Assembly: GCA_043750125.1 (NCBI GenBank)
Contig: JAYVCD010000034.1
Location: 561 to 64,560, forward strand
Length of the DNA stretch: 64,000 nucleotides
Direction of reading: 5' to 3'
Origin: Archangiaceae bacterium
GTDB lineage: Bacteria; Myxococcota; Myxococcia; Myxococcales; Myxococcaceae
The notes beneath the pieces are model-generated. The model had not been told where the DNA came from. It was given only the letters and a program-made list of their open reading frames with translations, and searched no databases. This document shows positions 25,926 through 35,260 of this stretch, in pieces (position 1 is the stretch's first letter; each line of letters begins with the position of its first letter). The translations under genes and the position numbers were made by a program.

Positions 25926-26543
25926 ATGCGCCTGCTGCTCTCTTCGCTTGTTGTGGTGTTGGCTGCCTGTGGTGTCGATGAATCGATGGATTCGGTGACG
26001 ACGGCGGTGAAGCAAGAGGCGCTGTCGGCCTCGCATTGTCCAGCCAGCGTCCCGGTGGCCCTGGCCCCTGCTGCGGACCAGGCGTTGTGGCGGGTGCTGG
26101 CCGCGGAAGGCGTTCAAATCTACCGTTGTACGAACACCGCGACCGGGCCGGCCTGGGTCTTCGAATCACCCGATGCGCTGCTGCGCAGCACTGACAGCTG
26201 CGACGACGAGGGAGACCACCCGATCGTGGGGCATCACTATGCGGGTCCGACCTGGGAGTTCAAAGATCGCAGCACCGTTGTCGGGGTGAAGGCGGCCGCG
26301 GCCCCTGCACCGGTGGCCACGGCGATTCCGTGGCTGTTGCTCAACGCGGTCAGCCACGCGGGCAGCGGGAGGTTTACCGAGGTGACGAGCATCCAACGCA
26401 TGGACACCGAAGGCGGCCTCGCCCCTGGGACCGGCTGCGACGCCACCACGATCAACGCTGCGGTCCGCGTTCCGTACACGGCCAACTACTACCTGTACCG
26501 AGCACGACCGGGCCGCGACAACACCGAGCAGCAGTGCCGCTGA
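25926..26543 (+). CDS. Lipoprotein, DUF3455-like
   Basis: ATG 25926 gives MRLLLSSLVVVLAACG (lipobox). Contains GVQIYRC...WVFESPDALL...HYAGPTWEF. The family assignment is from memory only. Confidence 0.5.
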   Translation: MRLLLSSLVVVLAACGVDESMDSVTTAVKQEALSASHCPASVPVALAPAADQALWRVLAAEGVQIYRCTNTATGPAWVFESPDALLRSTDSCDDEGDHPIVGHHYAGPTWEFKDRSTVVGVKAAAAPAPVATAIPWLLLNAVSHAGSGRFTEVTSIQRMDTEGGLAPGTGCDATTINAAVRVPYTANYYLYRARPGRDNTEQQCR

Positions 26544-26801
26544 TTCCTTGAAGAGTTCTGTTCTGGCGCTGAAGAAGGGCTCCAGCGCCAGGACGGGCAT
26601 TCGCGCCGTTCAACCACGCGGAACCCGAAGGGATCCAATCGTTGCCGAAGTGTCACCGAACAGGGGGCGCGGTCAGGTGCATGTTCGGCGCATGGCTTGG
26701 CAGCTCATCTTCAAGGCTCTGGAACCCGAGGACGAAGGCGCGTGGGCGATTGAATTAGACCGAACGAACCCGTGGCCCCGCAAGCCGGTGTCGATGACCG
26801 T

Positions 26802-27551
26802 TCAGCTCGAGCCGGGCACGAGTGGGGGGGGCGCGTCGGGTGATGAGGACGAAGAAGACGACTGAAGGCCTGCGAGCTTCCGGCTCCAGGGGTGACGGAT
26901 GTCCGTGCCCTTCACCATGTAGACGACCATCTCGGCGACGTTGGTGGCGTGGTCTCCGATTCGTTCGAGGTGCTTGGCGATGAACATCAGCGCGGTCGCA
27001 CGGCGAATGTATTTCGGGTCTTCCATCATCAGCGTCAGCAGCTCGTTGAAGAGCTGAAGGAAGAGGGCATCGAGCATCTCTTCGTCTTTCAGCACCACTG
27101 CAGCGAGGTCCACGTCGGCGGCCACGAACGCATCGAGGGCTTTCCGGGTCTGGAGCTGGGACAGCTCGGCCAGGCGGGGAAGGGTGTTGTTCGGGGGCAT
27201 CGGAGGCGCCTCGTTCAGGTCCCTCGCGCGCTCAGCGATGTTGACCGCCAGATCTCCACACCGTTCGAGATCGGTCACGATCTTCAGCGCGGTGGTGATC
27301 AACCGCAGATCAGACGCGGCAGGCTGACGCAAGGCGAGAATCTTGCGGCAGCGCTCGTCGATGTCGACCTCGAGCCGGTTGACCTCTGCGTCTTCGTCGA
27401 TCACCGCGCGGGCCAACGTGCTGTCGCGATCGGCGACCGCCTGCATGCTTCGCGCGATGGCGGACTCGATGCGTGCCCCCATCGTCAGCAACAACTGGCG
27501 CAGGTCGGCGAGGTCGGTCTCGAAGGCTTTGTCCGTGTGTCTAGAGGCCAT
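26802..27551 (-). CDS. phoU: Phosphate signalling complex protein PhoU
   Basis: Two PhoU repeats (DLERCGDLAVNIAE / HLERIGDHATNVAE). Has an unusual Ser/Pro-rich tail of about 30 aa. Confidence 0.9.
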   Translation of the reverse strand: MASRHTDKAFETDLADLRQLLLTMGARIESAIARSMQAVADRDSTLARAVIDEDAEVNRLEVDIDERCRKILALRQPAASDLRLITTALKIVTDLERCGDLAVNIAERARDLNEAPPMPPNNTLPRLAELSQLQTRKALDAFVAADVDLAAVVLKDEEMLDALFLQLFNELLTLMMEDPKYIRRATALMFIAKHLERIGDHATNVAEMVVYMVKGTDIRHPWSRKLAGLQSSSSSSSPDAPPPLVPGSS

Positions 27552-27554
27552 GGG

Positions 27555-28346
27555 TCACCCGAATTTCCCGGTTACGTAGTCCTCAGTGCGTCGATTGGTC
27601 GGAGTCGTGAACATCTTCGCAGTGGGCCCGACTTCGACCATCTCACCCATGAAGAAGAAGGCCGTCTGGTCCGATACCCGCGCGGCCTGCTGCATGTTGT
27701 GGGTGACGATGACGATCGTGTACCGCGCTTTGAGCTCGTGGATCAGATCTTCGATTTTTGCGGTGCTCAGCGGGTCGAGCGCGCTCGCGGGTTCGTCCAT
27801 CAACACCACCTCGGGCTCGATCGCGAGCGCGCGGGCGATGCACAGCCGTTGCTGCTGCCCCCCGGACAGCGCGAGCGCCGAGTCCCCCAGCCGGTCTTTG
27901 ACCTCGTCCCACAGCGCACTTTGGTGAAGGCTCTTCTCGACCCTGCCGGCGAGCTCGGCGCGGTCGTTCATTCCTGCGATGCGCAGGCCATACGCGACGT
28001 TTTCGAAGATCGATTTCGGAAAGGGGTTCGACTTCTGGAACACCATTCCTACCCGACGGCGCAGCTCGACCACGTCGACGCCGCGCTCGTAGATGTTGGC
28101 CGCGTCGAGCAGCACTTCGCCGGTGTGCCTGGCCCCCGGAATGAGATCATTCATCCGGTTGAGCGCGCGTAGGAAAGTCGACTTTCCGCAGCCCGACGGG
28201 CCGATCAGGGCCAGAACCTGGTGCTCGGCGATGTCGAGGTTCAAGTCCTTCACCGCGGGCTTGGCGCCGTAGTGAATCGAAAGGTTTCGAATGTGCATCT
28301 TGGAGCTGGGAAGCAGCGCAGTCTGGAGGTTCATGGCGGCACTCAT
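27555..28346 (-). CDS. pstB: Phosphate ABC transporter ATP-binding protein
   Basis: Start ATG 28346, overlapping the pstA stop (ATGA). Contains [26 protein letters not shown] and [12 protein letters not shown]. Confidence 0.95.
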   Translation of the reverse strand: MSAAMNLQTALLPSSKMHIRNLSIHYGAKPAVKDLNLDIAEHQVLALIGPSGCGKSTFLRALNRMNDLIPGARHTGEVLLDAANIYERGVDVVELRRRVGMVFQKSNPFPKSIFENVAYGLRIAGMNDRAELAGRVEKSLHQSALWDEVKDRLGDSALALSGGQQQRLCIARALAIEPEVVLMDEPASALDPLSTAKIEDLIHELKARYTIVIVTHNMQQAARVSDQTAFFFMGEMVEVGPTAKMFTTPTNRRTEDYVTGKFG

Positions 28347-29245
28347 GCGTTGACCCGGCTTCGGGTGCGGCTTCGCAGCAGGACAGCCACGAAATTCAAG
28401 CTGAAGGTCAGCATCAGCAGCACCAGTACGGTCCCGTAGAGCAGGGGCCGGGTGGCCTCGACATCGGGGGACTGAGTGGCGAGCACGTACGTGTGGTAGC
28501 CGAGGTGCATGAACTGCGAGTTGAGGGTGCGGGGCAGCTCGGGAAGAAAGTAGGCCGCGCCGGTCAGCAAGATGGGAGCGACCTCGCCCGCCCCGCGTGA
28601 GACGGCGAGGATCGCGCCGGTGAGGATTCCCGGAGTCGCGCCGGGCAGTACGACCCGCATCAAGGTCTGCGACTTCGTCGCGCCGAGGGCGAGGCTGGCG
28701 TTTCGCAAGTCTGGGGGCACGGCCCTCAAGGCTTCTTCGGTGGCGACGATCACCACCGGAAGGGTGAGGACGGCAAGGGTGAGCGAGGCCCACAACAGGC
28801 CGGGCTGGCCGTAACGCAGCTCACCGCCCAGCAGGTGGTCCATTCCTTCGCCGACGAAGTGAATGAAGAACCCCAGGCCAAAGAGCCCAAAGACGATCGA
28901 GGGGACACCGGCCAGGTTCTGCACCGCGATTCGCACGGCTGCGGCGAGCTTCGATTGGGCTGGGGCGTACTCGTGAAGGTAGATCGCGGTCAGTACTCCC
29001 ACCGGCATTACGGCCACCGTCATCATCAACGTCAGCACGGTGGTGCCCCAGACCGCAGGGAAGATGCCTCCTGCGGTCATCCCTTCGGTGGGGTTGGCGG
29101 TGAAGAATTCCCAGCTCAGCTTCGACCAGCCTCCGCGGACGGCGTCGGCGAGGATCACCGCCAGGGCTAAGACGATCAGCAGCGCGGCCAGGCCGCTGAG
29201 CCCTGAGAAGAAACCCGAGCGGAACATTCGGGCGCGAGCGCTCAT
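28343..29245 (-). CDS. pstA: Phosphate ABC transporter permease PstA
   Basis: Start ATG 29245 (ATGA overlap with the pstC stop). Multi-pass permease containing the [21 protein letters not shown] loop. Confidence 0.9.
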   Translation of the reverse strand: MSARARMFRSGFFSGLSGLAALLIVLALAVILADAVRGGWSKLSWEFFTANPTEGMTAGGIFPAVWGTTVLTLMMTVAVMPVGVLTAIYLHEYAPAQSKLAAAVRIAVQNLAGVPSIVFGLFGLGFFIHFVGEGMDHLLGGELRYGQPGLLWASLTLAVLTLPVVIVATEEALRAVPPDLRNASLALGATKSQTLMRVVLPGATPGILTGAILAVSRGAGEVAPILLTGAAYFLPELPRTLNSQFMHLGYHTYVLATQSPDVEATRPLLYGTVLVLLMLTFSLNFVAVLLRSRTRSRVNA

Positions 29246-30237
29246 ACTTTTCCCCCCAGCCGCTTCACCACCCGCCGGGTCCAGACGCCGGCGATCAGGT
29301 TGAGCACGAAGGTGATCGCGAACAGCTGCACCCCGATGAAGAACAGCAGCGAGTAATGGGGGCTGCCCACGACCACTTCGCCCATCTCGGCTGCGATGGT
29401 GGCCGACAGCGTTCGGGTCGAGTCGGTCAGGTGGGGTGAGACTATCGCGGCGTTGCCGCTGGCCATCAGCACCACCATCGTCTCGCCGATGGCACGGCCC
29501 AGCCCGAGGACGCAGGCGGCGAGCACTCCGGGCGCCGCGGCAGGCAGCACCACTTTCCACGCTGTTTCCCAGCGGGTGGCCCCGAGCGCCAGCGACGCTT
29601 CCCGGTAGCTGCGCGGCACGGCCGTGAGCGCGTCTTCGGCGACGGTGAACACCACGGGAATGATCGCCAGCGACAGGGCGAGGCCTGCCAGCCCGGCGTT
29701 GAGCCGGTAGGTCAGGCCGAAGGTGTCCTGCAGCGCCGAGGCGAAGACCATCAGCGCGAAGAAGCCCAGAACTACCGAGGGCACCCCCGCGAGCAGCTCG
29801 ATGGTGGGCTTGAGCCATTCGCGCAGGCGCCGGGGCGCAAGCTCGGAAGTAAACAGCGCGGCCAGCACCCCCAGCGGCGCGGCGACGATCATCCCCACCA
29901 CGCTGACCTTCAAGGTCCCGATGAACAGGGGAATCAAGCTCACCTTCGGAATGTCCGAGACGGGCTGCCAGACGAAGGTGGAAGCCTTCCCCGCTTTGAG
30001 CACCTGGGGCAAAAACAGCTTCGAGAGGCTCACTTCTTTGAGCGACTGGGGATCAAAGAACAGCGGGAGCGCTTCTTTGGCGACGAAAACGAGGATCAGC
30101 CCGATCGCCAGCACCCCGCTGAAAGCGACGGCGGTGATCACCGCTTCGATCACCTTCTCGCGAAGCTGCCAGCGCCGCCGGGGCGGAAGGCGGGGCGTGG
30201 CTCGGGTCGAAGGTTCCGCCAGCATGTGCACCCTCAT
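29242..30237 (-). CDS. pstC: Phosphate ABC transporter permease PstC
   Basis: ATGA overlap with the pstS stop. Contains the permease loop [24 protein letters not shown]. Confidence 0.9.
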   Translation of the reverse strand: MRVHMLAEPSTRATPRLPPRRRWQLREKVIEAVITAVAFSGVLAIGLILVFVAKEALPLFFDPQSLKEVSLSKLFLPQVLKAGKASTFVWQPVSDIPKVSLIPLFIGTLKVSVVGMIVAAPLGVLAALFTSELAPRRLREWLKPTIELLAGVPSVVLGFFALMVFASALQDTFGLTYRLNAGLAGLALSLAIIPVVFTVAEDALTAVPRSYREASLALGATRWETAWKVVLPAAAPGVLAACVLGLGRAIGETMVVLMASGNAAIVSPHLTDSTRTLSATIAAEMGEVVVGSPHYSLLFFIGVQLFAITFVLNLIAGVWTRRVVKRLGGKV

Positions 30238-31043
30238 TTGACGGGGAAATAGCCAACCTTGGTGACGACGGCCTGGCCTTCCGGCGAGAGGCAGAAGTCG
30301 ATCAGCGCCTTGGCGTCGCCCGAGGGTTTGGTGCGCAGGTAGAAGTAGAGATCGCGCGAGAGCGGGTACTTGCCGCTCTTCACGTTCTCGAGGGTCGGGG
30401 CGAGCTCGTCGGAGCCCACCTTGACCTTCAGCTCTTTGACTCCTTTGGCGTAGGCGGCACCTCCGTAGCCGATGCCGAACTTCTCTTTGGCGACCGCATT
30501 CACGACGGCGGCGGTGCCGGGCAGGGTCTGCGCCGAAGCTGCGAAGTCTTCGCCCCCGAGCAAATTGTCTTTGACGAACACGTAGGTGCCCGAAGAGTTT
30601 TCACGTGAGAACACGACGATCGCTTTGTCGGGACCGCCTACGTCCTTCCAGTTGGTCAGCTCGCCCAGGTAGATCTTTTTCAGCTGGTCCATCGTCAGCG
30701 CGCTGAGGGGGTTCGACCCGTTGACGTAGAAGGTCACTCCGTCTTTGGCGACGGCGACCTCGGTGCCAGCGGTGTTGTACCGGGCGCGCAGTTTTTCCAT
30801 TTCGGCTTCCTTCATCGGCCGGCTGCTGGTGGCGATATCGGTGGTGCCGTTGATCAGCGCGGCCAGGCCGGTGCCCGAGCCTCCGCCGGTGACCTGCACT
30901 TTGGCGGTCGCGTTTTTCTTCATGAATTCCTCGGCCCAGCGCTGGGTGAGGATCACCATCGTGTCAGAGCCTTTGATGGTGACTGAGCCGGCCAGGGCCG
31001 ACAGCGGTGCGAGGACGAGGAACATCAAGAGAGTGCGTTTCAT
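30234..31043 (-). CDS. pstS: Phosphate-binding protein PstS
   Basis: Start ATG 31043 (MKRTLLMFLVLAPLSALAG) with AGGAG upstream. Contains IKGSDTMV...VTGGGSGTG...ATSSRPMK. Confidence 0.9.
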   Translation of the reverse strand: MKRTLLMFLVLAPLSALAGSVTIKGSDTMVILTQRWAEEFMKKNATAKVQVTGGGSGTGLAALINGTTDIATSSRPMKEAEMEKLRARYNTAGTEVAVAKDGVTFYVNGSNPLSALTMDQLKKIYLGELTNWKDVGGPDKAIVVFSRENSSGTYVFVKDNLLGGEDFAASAQTLPGTAAVVNAVAKEKFGIGYGGAAYAKGVKELKVKVGSDELAPTLENVKSGKYPLSRDLYFYLRTKPSGDAKALIDFCLSPEGQAVVTKVGYFPVK

Positions 31044-31053
31044 GGTCGGGCTC

Positions 31054-32280
31054 CTAGAATTTCGCCTGCAGTTGGACAGTGAGCAGATTTTGCTTGGGAG
31101 CCGAATCGTCGGTTCCACTGGTGTATAGCAACGGAATTTCGTAGCTGACGCTGAGCTTCAAGACCTCGTCGAAGTAGTGAGAGGCGACGAGCCCGAAGGT
31201 GTGGATCTGGTTCTTGCTCGAAGGCTTGGTGTTGTCTTTCGGGTCGACGGCGTTGGGGGTGCCGGTCGCGGGGTCGAAGAAGTCGTAGCGAAACGCCACT
31301 TGCTCGTGGTCTCCAATGTTCTGGACGATCAGCCCGTACCAGCCCAGGCCGGTCTGCCCGAACACTTCGACGTTGTTCGCCTGGTAGGTCCGGCCGGCGA
31401 TGAACTCGGCCTTGATCGCGGTGGAACCGAACGGCAACAGATCGAGGAAGAGCTGCGCGTCGAAGCCGATGCGGGCGCGCTCGTAGTGCCGGCCAGGGCC
31501 GGTCGCGTCGGTGGGCTTATAGGTGAGTCCTCGCGAGCCCGAGACGCCTGCGGCAAACCACTTGAAGTCGACGGCCAGCCGTCCGTAGAAATCTTTTTCG
31601 GTGTCGTTGTCGACGCCGATGAAGCCGCGGTTGGCGGTGCCGTTGCCATCGAAGACGCCGAGCCACGCGCGCACCGGGCCGCCCTTGAACTGAAGTTTCA
31701 TTCCGCGGTCGCGCTCGCCATTGAAGAAGGCGCGGACCACCCGGGTGCGCTCGGGGAATTCTCGTTCACCCGACGACTGCACCACCTCGTACCCAAACGG
31801 CCACTTGGTCTGGCCGAGGGTGAGGGTGAGGTACTTCTTGCCCGACCACGGCTCGGTAAACCCGGCTTCGGCGTCCTTCAACACCACCCCTGAAGGGGTC
31901 GCGTCGATCTGCACCATGTAGCGACCGACGGTGCCCTGGTACTCGATCTTGGCGCGGCCCCGTCGCACCGAAAACCCGTCCTTCACCAGGGAAACCAGTG
32001 AAGGGTCGACGCCGCTCAAACTGTTTTCGGCGTAGGAAAAACGTCCCTGCACGTATCCCGAAACCTTGATTTTGCTCAGGCCCGAAAGGATTCCTTTGCT
32101 CTCGGCGAATTGCTCTTCGAGCGCTTCGACTTTCCCCTGTAGAAATCCGACTTTTTCAGAATCGGTTTGAAGGGTGTTCGCCGGTTCGGCGGCGACGGGC
32201 GTTTCGCCACCGCCGTCGAGCGGTTTTTGGGCCAATGCAGCGGACGTAACGAGAAAGCCAACGAAGTAGAGGTTTTTCAA
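31054..32280 (-). CDS. Outer-membrane beta-barrel porin, probably phosphate-selective (OprO/P-like)
   Basis: Signal peptide MKNLYFVGFLVTSAALAQ, alternating beta-strand pattern, C-terminal Phe. Sits immediately upstream of pstS. The TTG start overlaps the upstream TGA. Confidence 0.6.
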   Translation of the reverse strand: MKNLYFVGFLVTSAALAQKPLDGGGETPVAAEPANTLQTDSEKVGFLQGKVEALEEQFAESKGILSGLSKIKVSGYVQGRFSYAENSLSGVDPSLVSLVKDGFSVRRGRAKIEYQGTVGRYMVQIDATPSGVVLKDAEAGFTEPWSGKKYLTLTLGQTKWPFGYEVVQSSGEREFPERTRVVRAFFNGERDRGMKLQFKGGPVRAWLGVFDGNGTANRGFIGVDNDTEKDFYGRLAVDFKWFAAGVSGSRGLTYKPTDATGPGRHYERARIGFDAQLFLDLLPFGSTAIKAEFIAGRTYQANNVEVFGQTGLGWYGLIVQNIGDHEQVAFRYDFFDPATGTPNAVDPKDNTKPSSKNQIHTFGLVASHYFDEVLKLSVSYEIPLLYTSGTDDSAPKQNLLTVQLQAKF

Positions 32281-32987
32281 GGGTGGTGATCTCCGGGTGT
32301 GACGGGCAGGTTGTCTGCCGAAAGTCGGTAGCCGACACCGCGAACGGTCTCGAGCAGCTCGCGCGCGGCGCCGAGCTTCTCGCGCAGCCGCATCATGTGG
32401 GTGTCGACGGTGCGGGTCTCGAGTGGGCTCGAGATTCCCCAGACCTCACGCAACAGGACCTCGCGCGACTGCACCCGCCCCCGATGCAACAGCAGGTGGT
32501 GGACGAGCTTGAACTCGAGGGAAGTGAGCGTGACTTCCTGGTCCTCGACGTAGGCGCGATGGGCCGACAGGTCGAGCCGCAGTCTTCCCACTTCCAGCGT
32601 GACCTGCGGGGCGACGGTGGCCTGGCGGCGCAGCACCGCTTTCACCCGCAGCACCAGTTCCCGAACGCTGAAGGGCTTGGTGACGTAGTCATCGGCGCCG
32701 GCCTCGAAGCCGCCGACGCGATCGGGCTCTTCGCTTCGTGCGGTGAGCAGCATCACCGGCACCTGGGCGGTGGCGGGGTCATTTTTGAGGCGGCGGCAGA
32801 CTTCCGAGCCCGAGACGTCGGGCAGCATCACGTCGAGCAGCACCAGGTCGAACGGTTGAGAGCGAGCCAACAGCAGAGCCGCTTCACCGGTGTGGGCCAC
32901 GTCGACGGCAAAGCCCGCGTCCTTGAGGTTCAGCTCGACGAGAGCCGCAAGATCGGGCTCGTCGTCACAGATGAGAACGCGCTGCAT
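32277..32987 (-). CDS. OmpR/PhoB-family response regulator (PhoB paralog)
   Basis: REC domain (VLICDDEPDL...LLDVMLPDVSG) plus a winged-helix output (TRTVDTHMMRLREKL...VRGVGYRL). Confidence 0.85.
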   Translation of the reverse strand: MQRVLICDDEPDLAALVELNLKDAGFAVDVAHTGEAALLLARSQPFDLVLLDVMLPDVSGSEVCRRLKNDPATAQVPVMLLTARSEEPDRVGGFEAGADDYVTKPFSVRELVLRVKAVLRRQATVAPQVTLEVGRLRLDLSAHRAYVEDQEVTLTSLEFKLVHHLLLHRGRVQSREVLLREVWGISSPLETRTVDTHMMRLREKLGAARELLETVRGVGYRLSADNLPVTPGDHHP

Positions 32988-33021
32988 GGCGCATCATCTA
33001 TCGAGGCCCGGTTTCAACTTG

Positions 33022-33048
33022 ATGACGTCAAAGTGACGATTGAGTGAC
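33022..33048 (-). promoter_or_regulatory. Candidate Pho box (three direct repeats with 11-bp phasing)
   Basis: The minus strand reads GTCACtcaatcGTCACtttgacGTCAT (33048-33022). It lies 35-61 nt upstream of ATG 32987, and a TAGAT -10-like element follows. Confidence 0.5.
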
Positions 33049-33054
33049 TTTGCT

Positions 33055-34008
33055 TCAACCGTCAGACGCCACGAGGGGCCCTGGCGCCGGCAGATCTTCG
33101 GTGGTCGGCTCTTCTGAAGCCCCCACCGGAGGGGACATGCGGGGAGGGGGACCTGGGACGGTGGGGTGAGGGGACAACGAGTCGGGGGGAGGCGGAATGT
33201 TCCCCGACTGCGAGCCCGGGGGCATTCGCAACAGCGGCAAGGCGGGCAGCCCGGAGTGCCGGCGAGCGGCCTCGGCCAGGGCCAGATGCTGGCGGTAGCG
33301 TGCTTCGACCATCTTGTGGATCAGCAGTGGAGCCCCGGGCACCTTGCGGTCGGTCAGAGCCTGGGTCGAGCGCCGCACCGGGTAGCGCACCCGGCGAATC
33401 TGAACCCGCCAGCCCCGGGGGGTATAGGTGAACAGCCCCCAGGCCGGCCGAAGATCTCCGTCGCGCGGAATGCCGGCCGACGCGACATCGGCGATCAGCA
33501 TCCGGCCCACGCGACGGCGGTAGGGAAAGTGAAGGTGACCGAAGGCGACGGCCGCGGCATCGAGGTGCTGCAGGTACCCGTGCAGCTCGTGCTCTTCCAT
33601 CGTTGGTTCCAGCGAGTCCTCGAGGTTTCGGGGGTTGGCGTGACAGACGTAGAGGTCCTGCCCCGGCCGGGGCGAGTAGCGCACCGAGAACGGAAGGGTT
33701 CCCAGCTGCTTGACCCGGTCGGCGCCCAGCTCGTTTCGCGTCCACTCGAGCAGGTCGGTCTTCCAGTGTTCCTTCTCGCGGTAGGCGCCCCCGAGGTAAT
33801 TGCCGGCGAGGTAACAGTCGGTGTTCCCCATCAGCACCGCGTGGCAGCGATCGAAGAGGAGCTCGACCGTCTCTCTGGGGTGGGCCCCGCGAAGCGCGAG
33901 GTCGCCGGCCGCTACGATGTAGTCGGGCATTTGCTTCTTGATGTCGTCGAGAACTGCCTCGCACGCCGGCAGGTTCCCGTGAATGTCGGCGAGAATCGCG
34001 ACTCGCAT
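33055..34008 (-). CDS. Calcineurin-like metallophosphoesterase with a Pro-rich C-terminal tail
   Basis: Contains MRVAILADIHGN, VAAGDLALRG, MGNTD, VCHANP and AFGHLHFP. The last 60 aa or so are low-complexity and Pro-rich. Confidence 0.75.
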   Translation of the reverse strand: MRVAILADIHGNLPACEAVLDDIKKQMPDYIVAAGDLALRGAHPRETVELLFDRCHAVLMGNTDCYLAGNYLGGAYREKEHWKTDLLEWTRNELGADRVKQLGTLPFSVRYSPRPGQDLYVCHANPRNLEDSLEPTMEEHELHGYLQHLDAAAVAFGHLHFPYRRRVGRMLIADVASAGIPRDGDLRPAWGLFTYTPRGWRVQIRRVRYPVRRSTQALTDRKVPGAPLLIHKMVEARYRQHLALAEAARRHSGLPALPLLRMPPGSQSGNIPPPPDSLSPHPTVPGPPPRMSPPVGASEEPTTEDLPAPGPLVASDG

Positions 34009-34027
34009 GGCTTGCGAGCCATCCTAC

Positions 34028-35260
34028 TTACGGGTTGGGTGCTTTCCCACTTGTCGGCGCGAAAGGAAGCTCGACGAAGAACGTGCTTCCCCGGCCCGGC
34101 ACGCTTTCGACACGCACATCGCCATGCATCGCCGTCGCGAGGTGCTTGACGATCGACAGGCCCAGGCCGGTGCCTCCCATGTCGCGGCTTCGGCCCTTGT
34201 CGACCCGGTAGAAGCGCTCGAAGACCCGGGCGAGGTGTTTGGGCTCGATGCCCAGGCCGGTGTCGCGAACGCAGATGACGACGCCCGCGGCTCCTGAACG
34301 GGCGAAGACGGTGACGACGCCCTGGGGAGCAGTGAACTTGACCGCGTTGTCCAACAGGTTGATCAGCACCTGCTCGACGCCGCGCTCATCGGCCAGGGCC
34401 GTCATTCCCGGGGGCACCTCGAGATTGAGGGTCACGTTGCGGGCAGACGCTTTGAGGCGAACCGTGTCGGCCGCCCGCTGAGCGGCGACCGAGAGGTCCA
34501 CCGGCAGCTCGGCGAGCTGAAACAGGCGGCCTTCGATGCGCGAGAGCTCGAGCAGATCTTCGACCAACTCTGAGAGCCGTTCGGATTGGCGGTGGATGAT
34601 CTCGACCATCTTCGGAGCGTTTTCGGGATCCTTGAGCGCGCCTGCCTGCAGCGTCTCGGAGTACCCGCGGATCGCGGTGATCGGCGTGCGCAGCTCGTGG
34701 CTGACGTTGGCGACGAAGTCCTTTCGAACCGTCTCGAGGCGGCGCAGCTCGGTCACGTCGAAGAAGACGGCGGCCGAGCCTCCGACTTCCTTGCGCAGTG
34801 CCGAGACGTGCACCTGCAGCACCCGGGGCCGTACGCTTTCGACATTGATCTCGAGCTGGGACGACAGCCCCTCGGAGCAGGCGCGGGTCACGGCTTCCTG
34901 CAGCGGGGCCGATCGCACCAGCTCGACCGGTCGGTGCCCCAGCAGCTCGGTGCCGCTGTAGAGCATCTGCTTGAGAGCGTCGTTGTGTTGCACGACGGTG
35001 CCGTCGCGGCTGGTGATCCAAAGCCCCTCGGCCAGCCCATCGACCACCGCGCGCAGGGTGTCGAGCTCGCGTGCCGCGTGGGAATCCGGGTTGATCTGGG
35101 GAGGCAAGGTGGTCGGCGCGCGAGAGAGCAGGTCCAGCAGCACCGCCGCGAGGAACACCGCCGCGCCGATCGCCAGTGCAAGGGCGGGGTCGATGCCGAA
35201 GGCGAGAGCAGCGGCGATCGCGACCGCCGCGCTTCCCGCCCGCTGCCAGGAAGGCTCCAT
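34028..35260 (-). CDS. phoR: Phosphate regulon sensor histidine kinase (PhoR-like)
   Basis: N-terminal TM segments, PAS domain, H-box VANVSHELRTPITAIRGY, and an HATPase with GTGLGLSIVKH. The start overlaps the phoB stop by 1 nt. Confidence 0.8.
   Translation of the reverse strand: MEPSWQRAGSAAVAIAAALAFGIDPALALAIGAAVFLAAVLLDLLSRAPTTLPPQINPDSHAARELDTLRAVVDGLAEGLWITSRDGTVVQHNDALKQMLYSGTELLGHRPVELVRSAPLQEAVTRACSEGLSSQLEINVESVRPRVLQVHVSALRKEVGGSAAVFFDVTELRRLETVRKDFVANVSHELRTPITAIRGYSETLQAGALKDPENAPKMVEIIHRQSERLSELVEDLLELSRIEGRLFQLAELPVDLSVAAQRAADTVRLKASARNVTLNLEVPPGMTALADERGVEQVLINLLDNAVKFTAPQGVVTVFARSGAAGVVICVRDTGLGIEPKHLARVFERFYRVDKGRSRDMGGTGLGLSIVKHLATAMHGDVRVESVPGRGSTFFVELPFAPTSGKAPNP

Noticed and set aside
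26563-26591. Hairpin ctggcgctg / cagcgccag after the DUF3455-like gene as a terminator.
   Set aside because: It has a 9-bp stem but no U-tract on either strand. It may still be a stabilising 3' stem-loop, but it is not called as a terminator.
26548-26865. ORF 26548..26865(+), with an internal ATG near 26692 that gives an acidic 57-aa peptide ending DEDEEDD.
   Set aside because: It would overlap the 3' end of phoU by 64 nt in convergent orientation and has no recognisable motif. Its GC3 looks coding-like, so it is not excluded, but the support is too weak to call.
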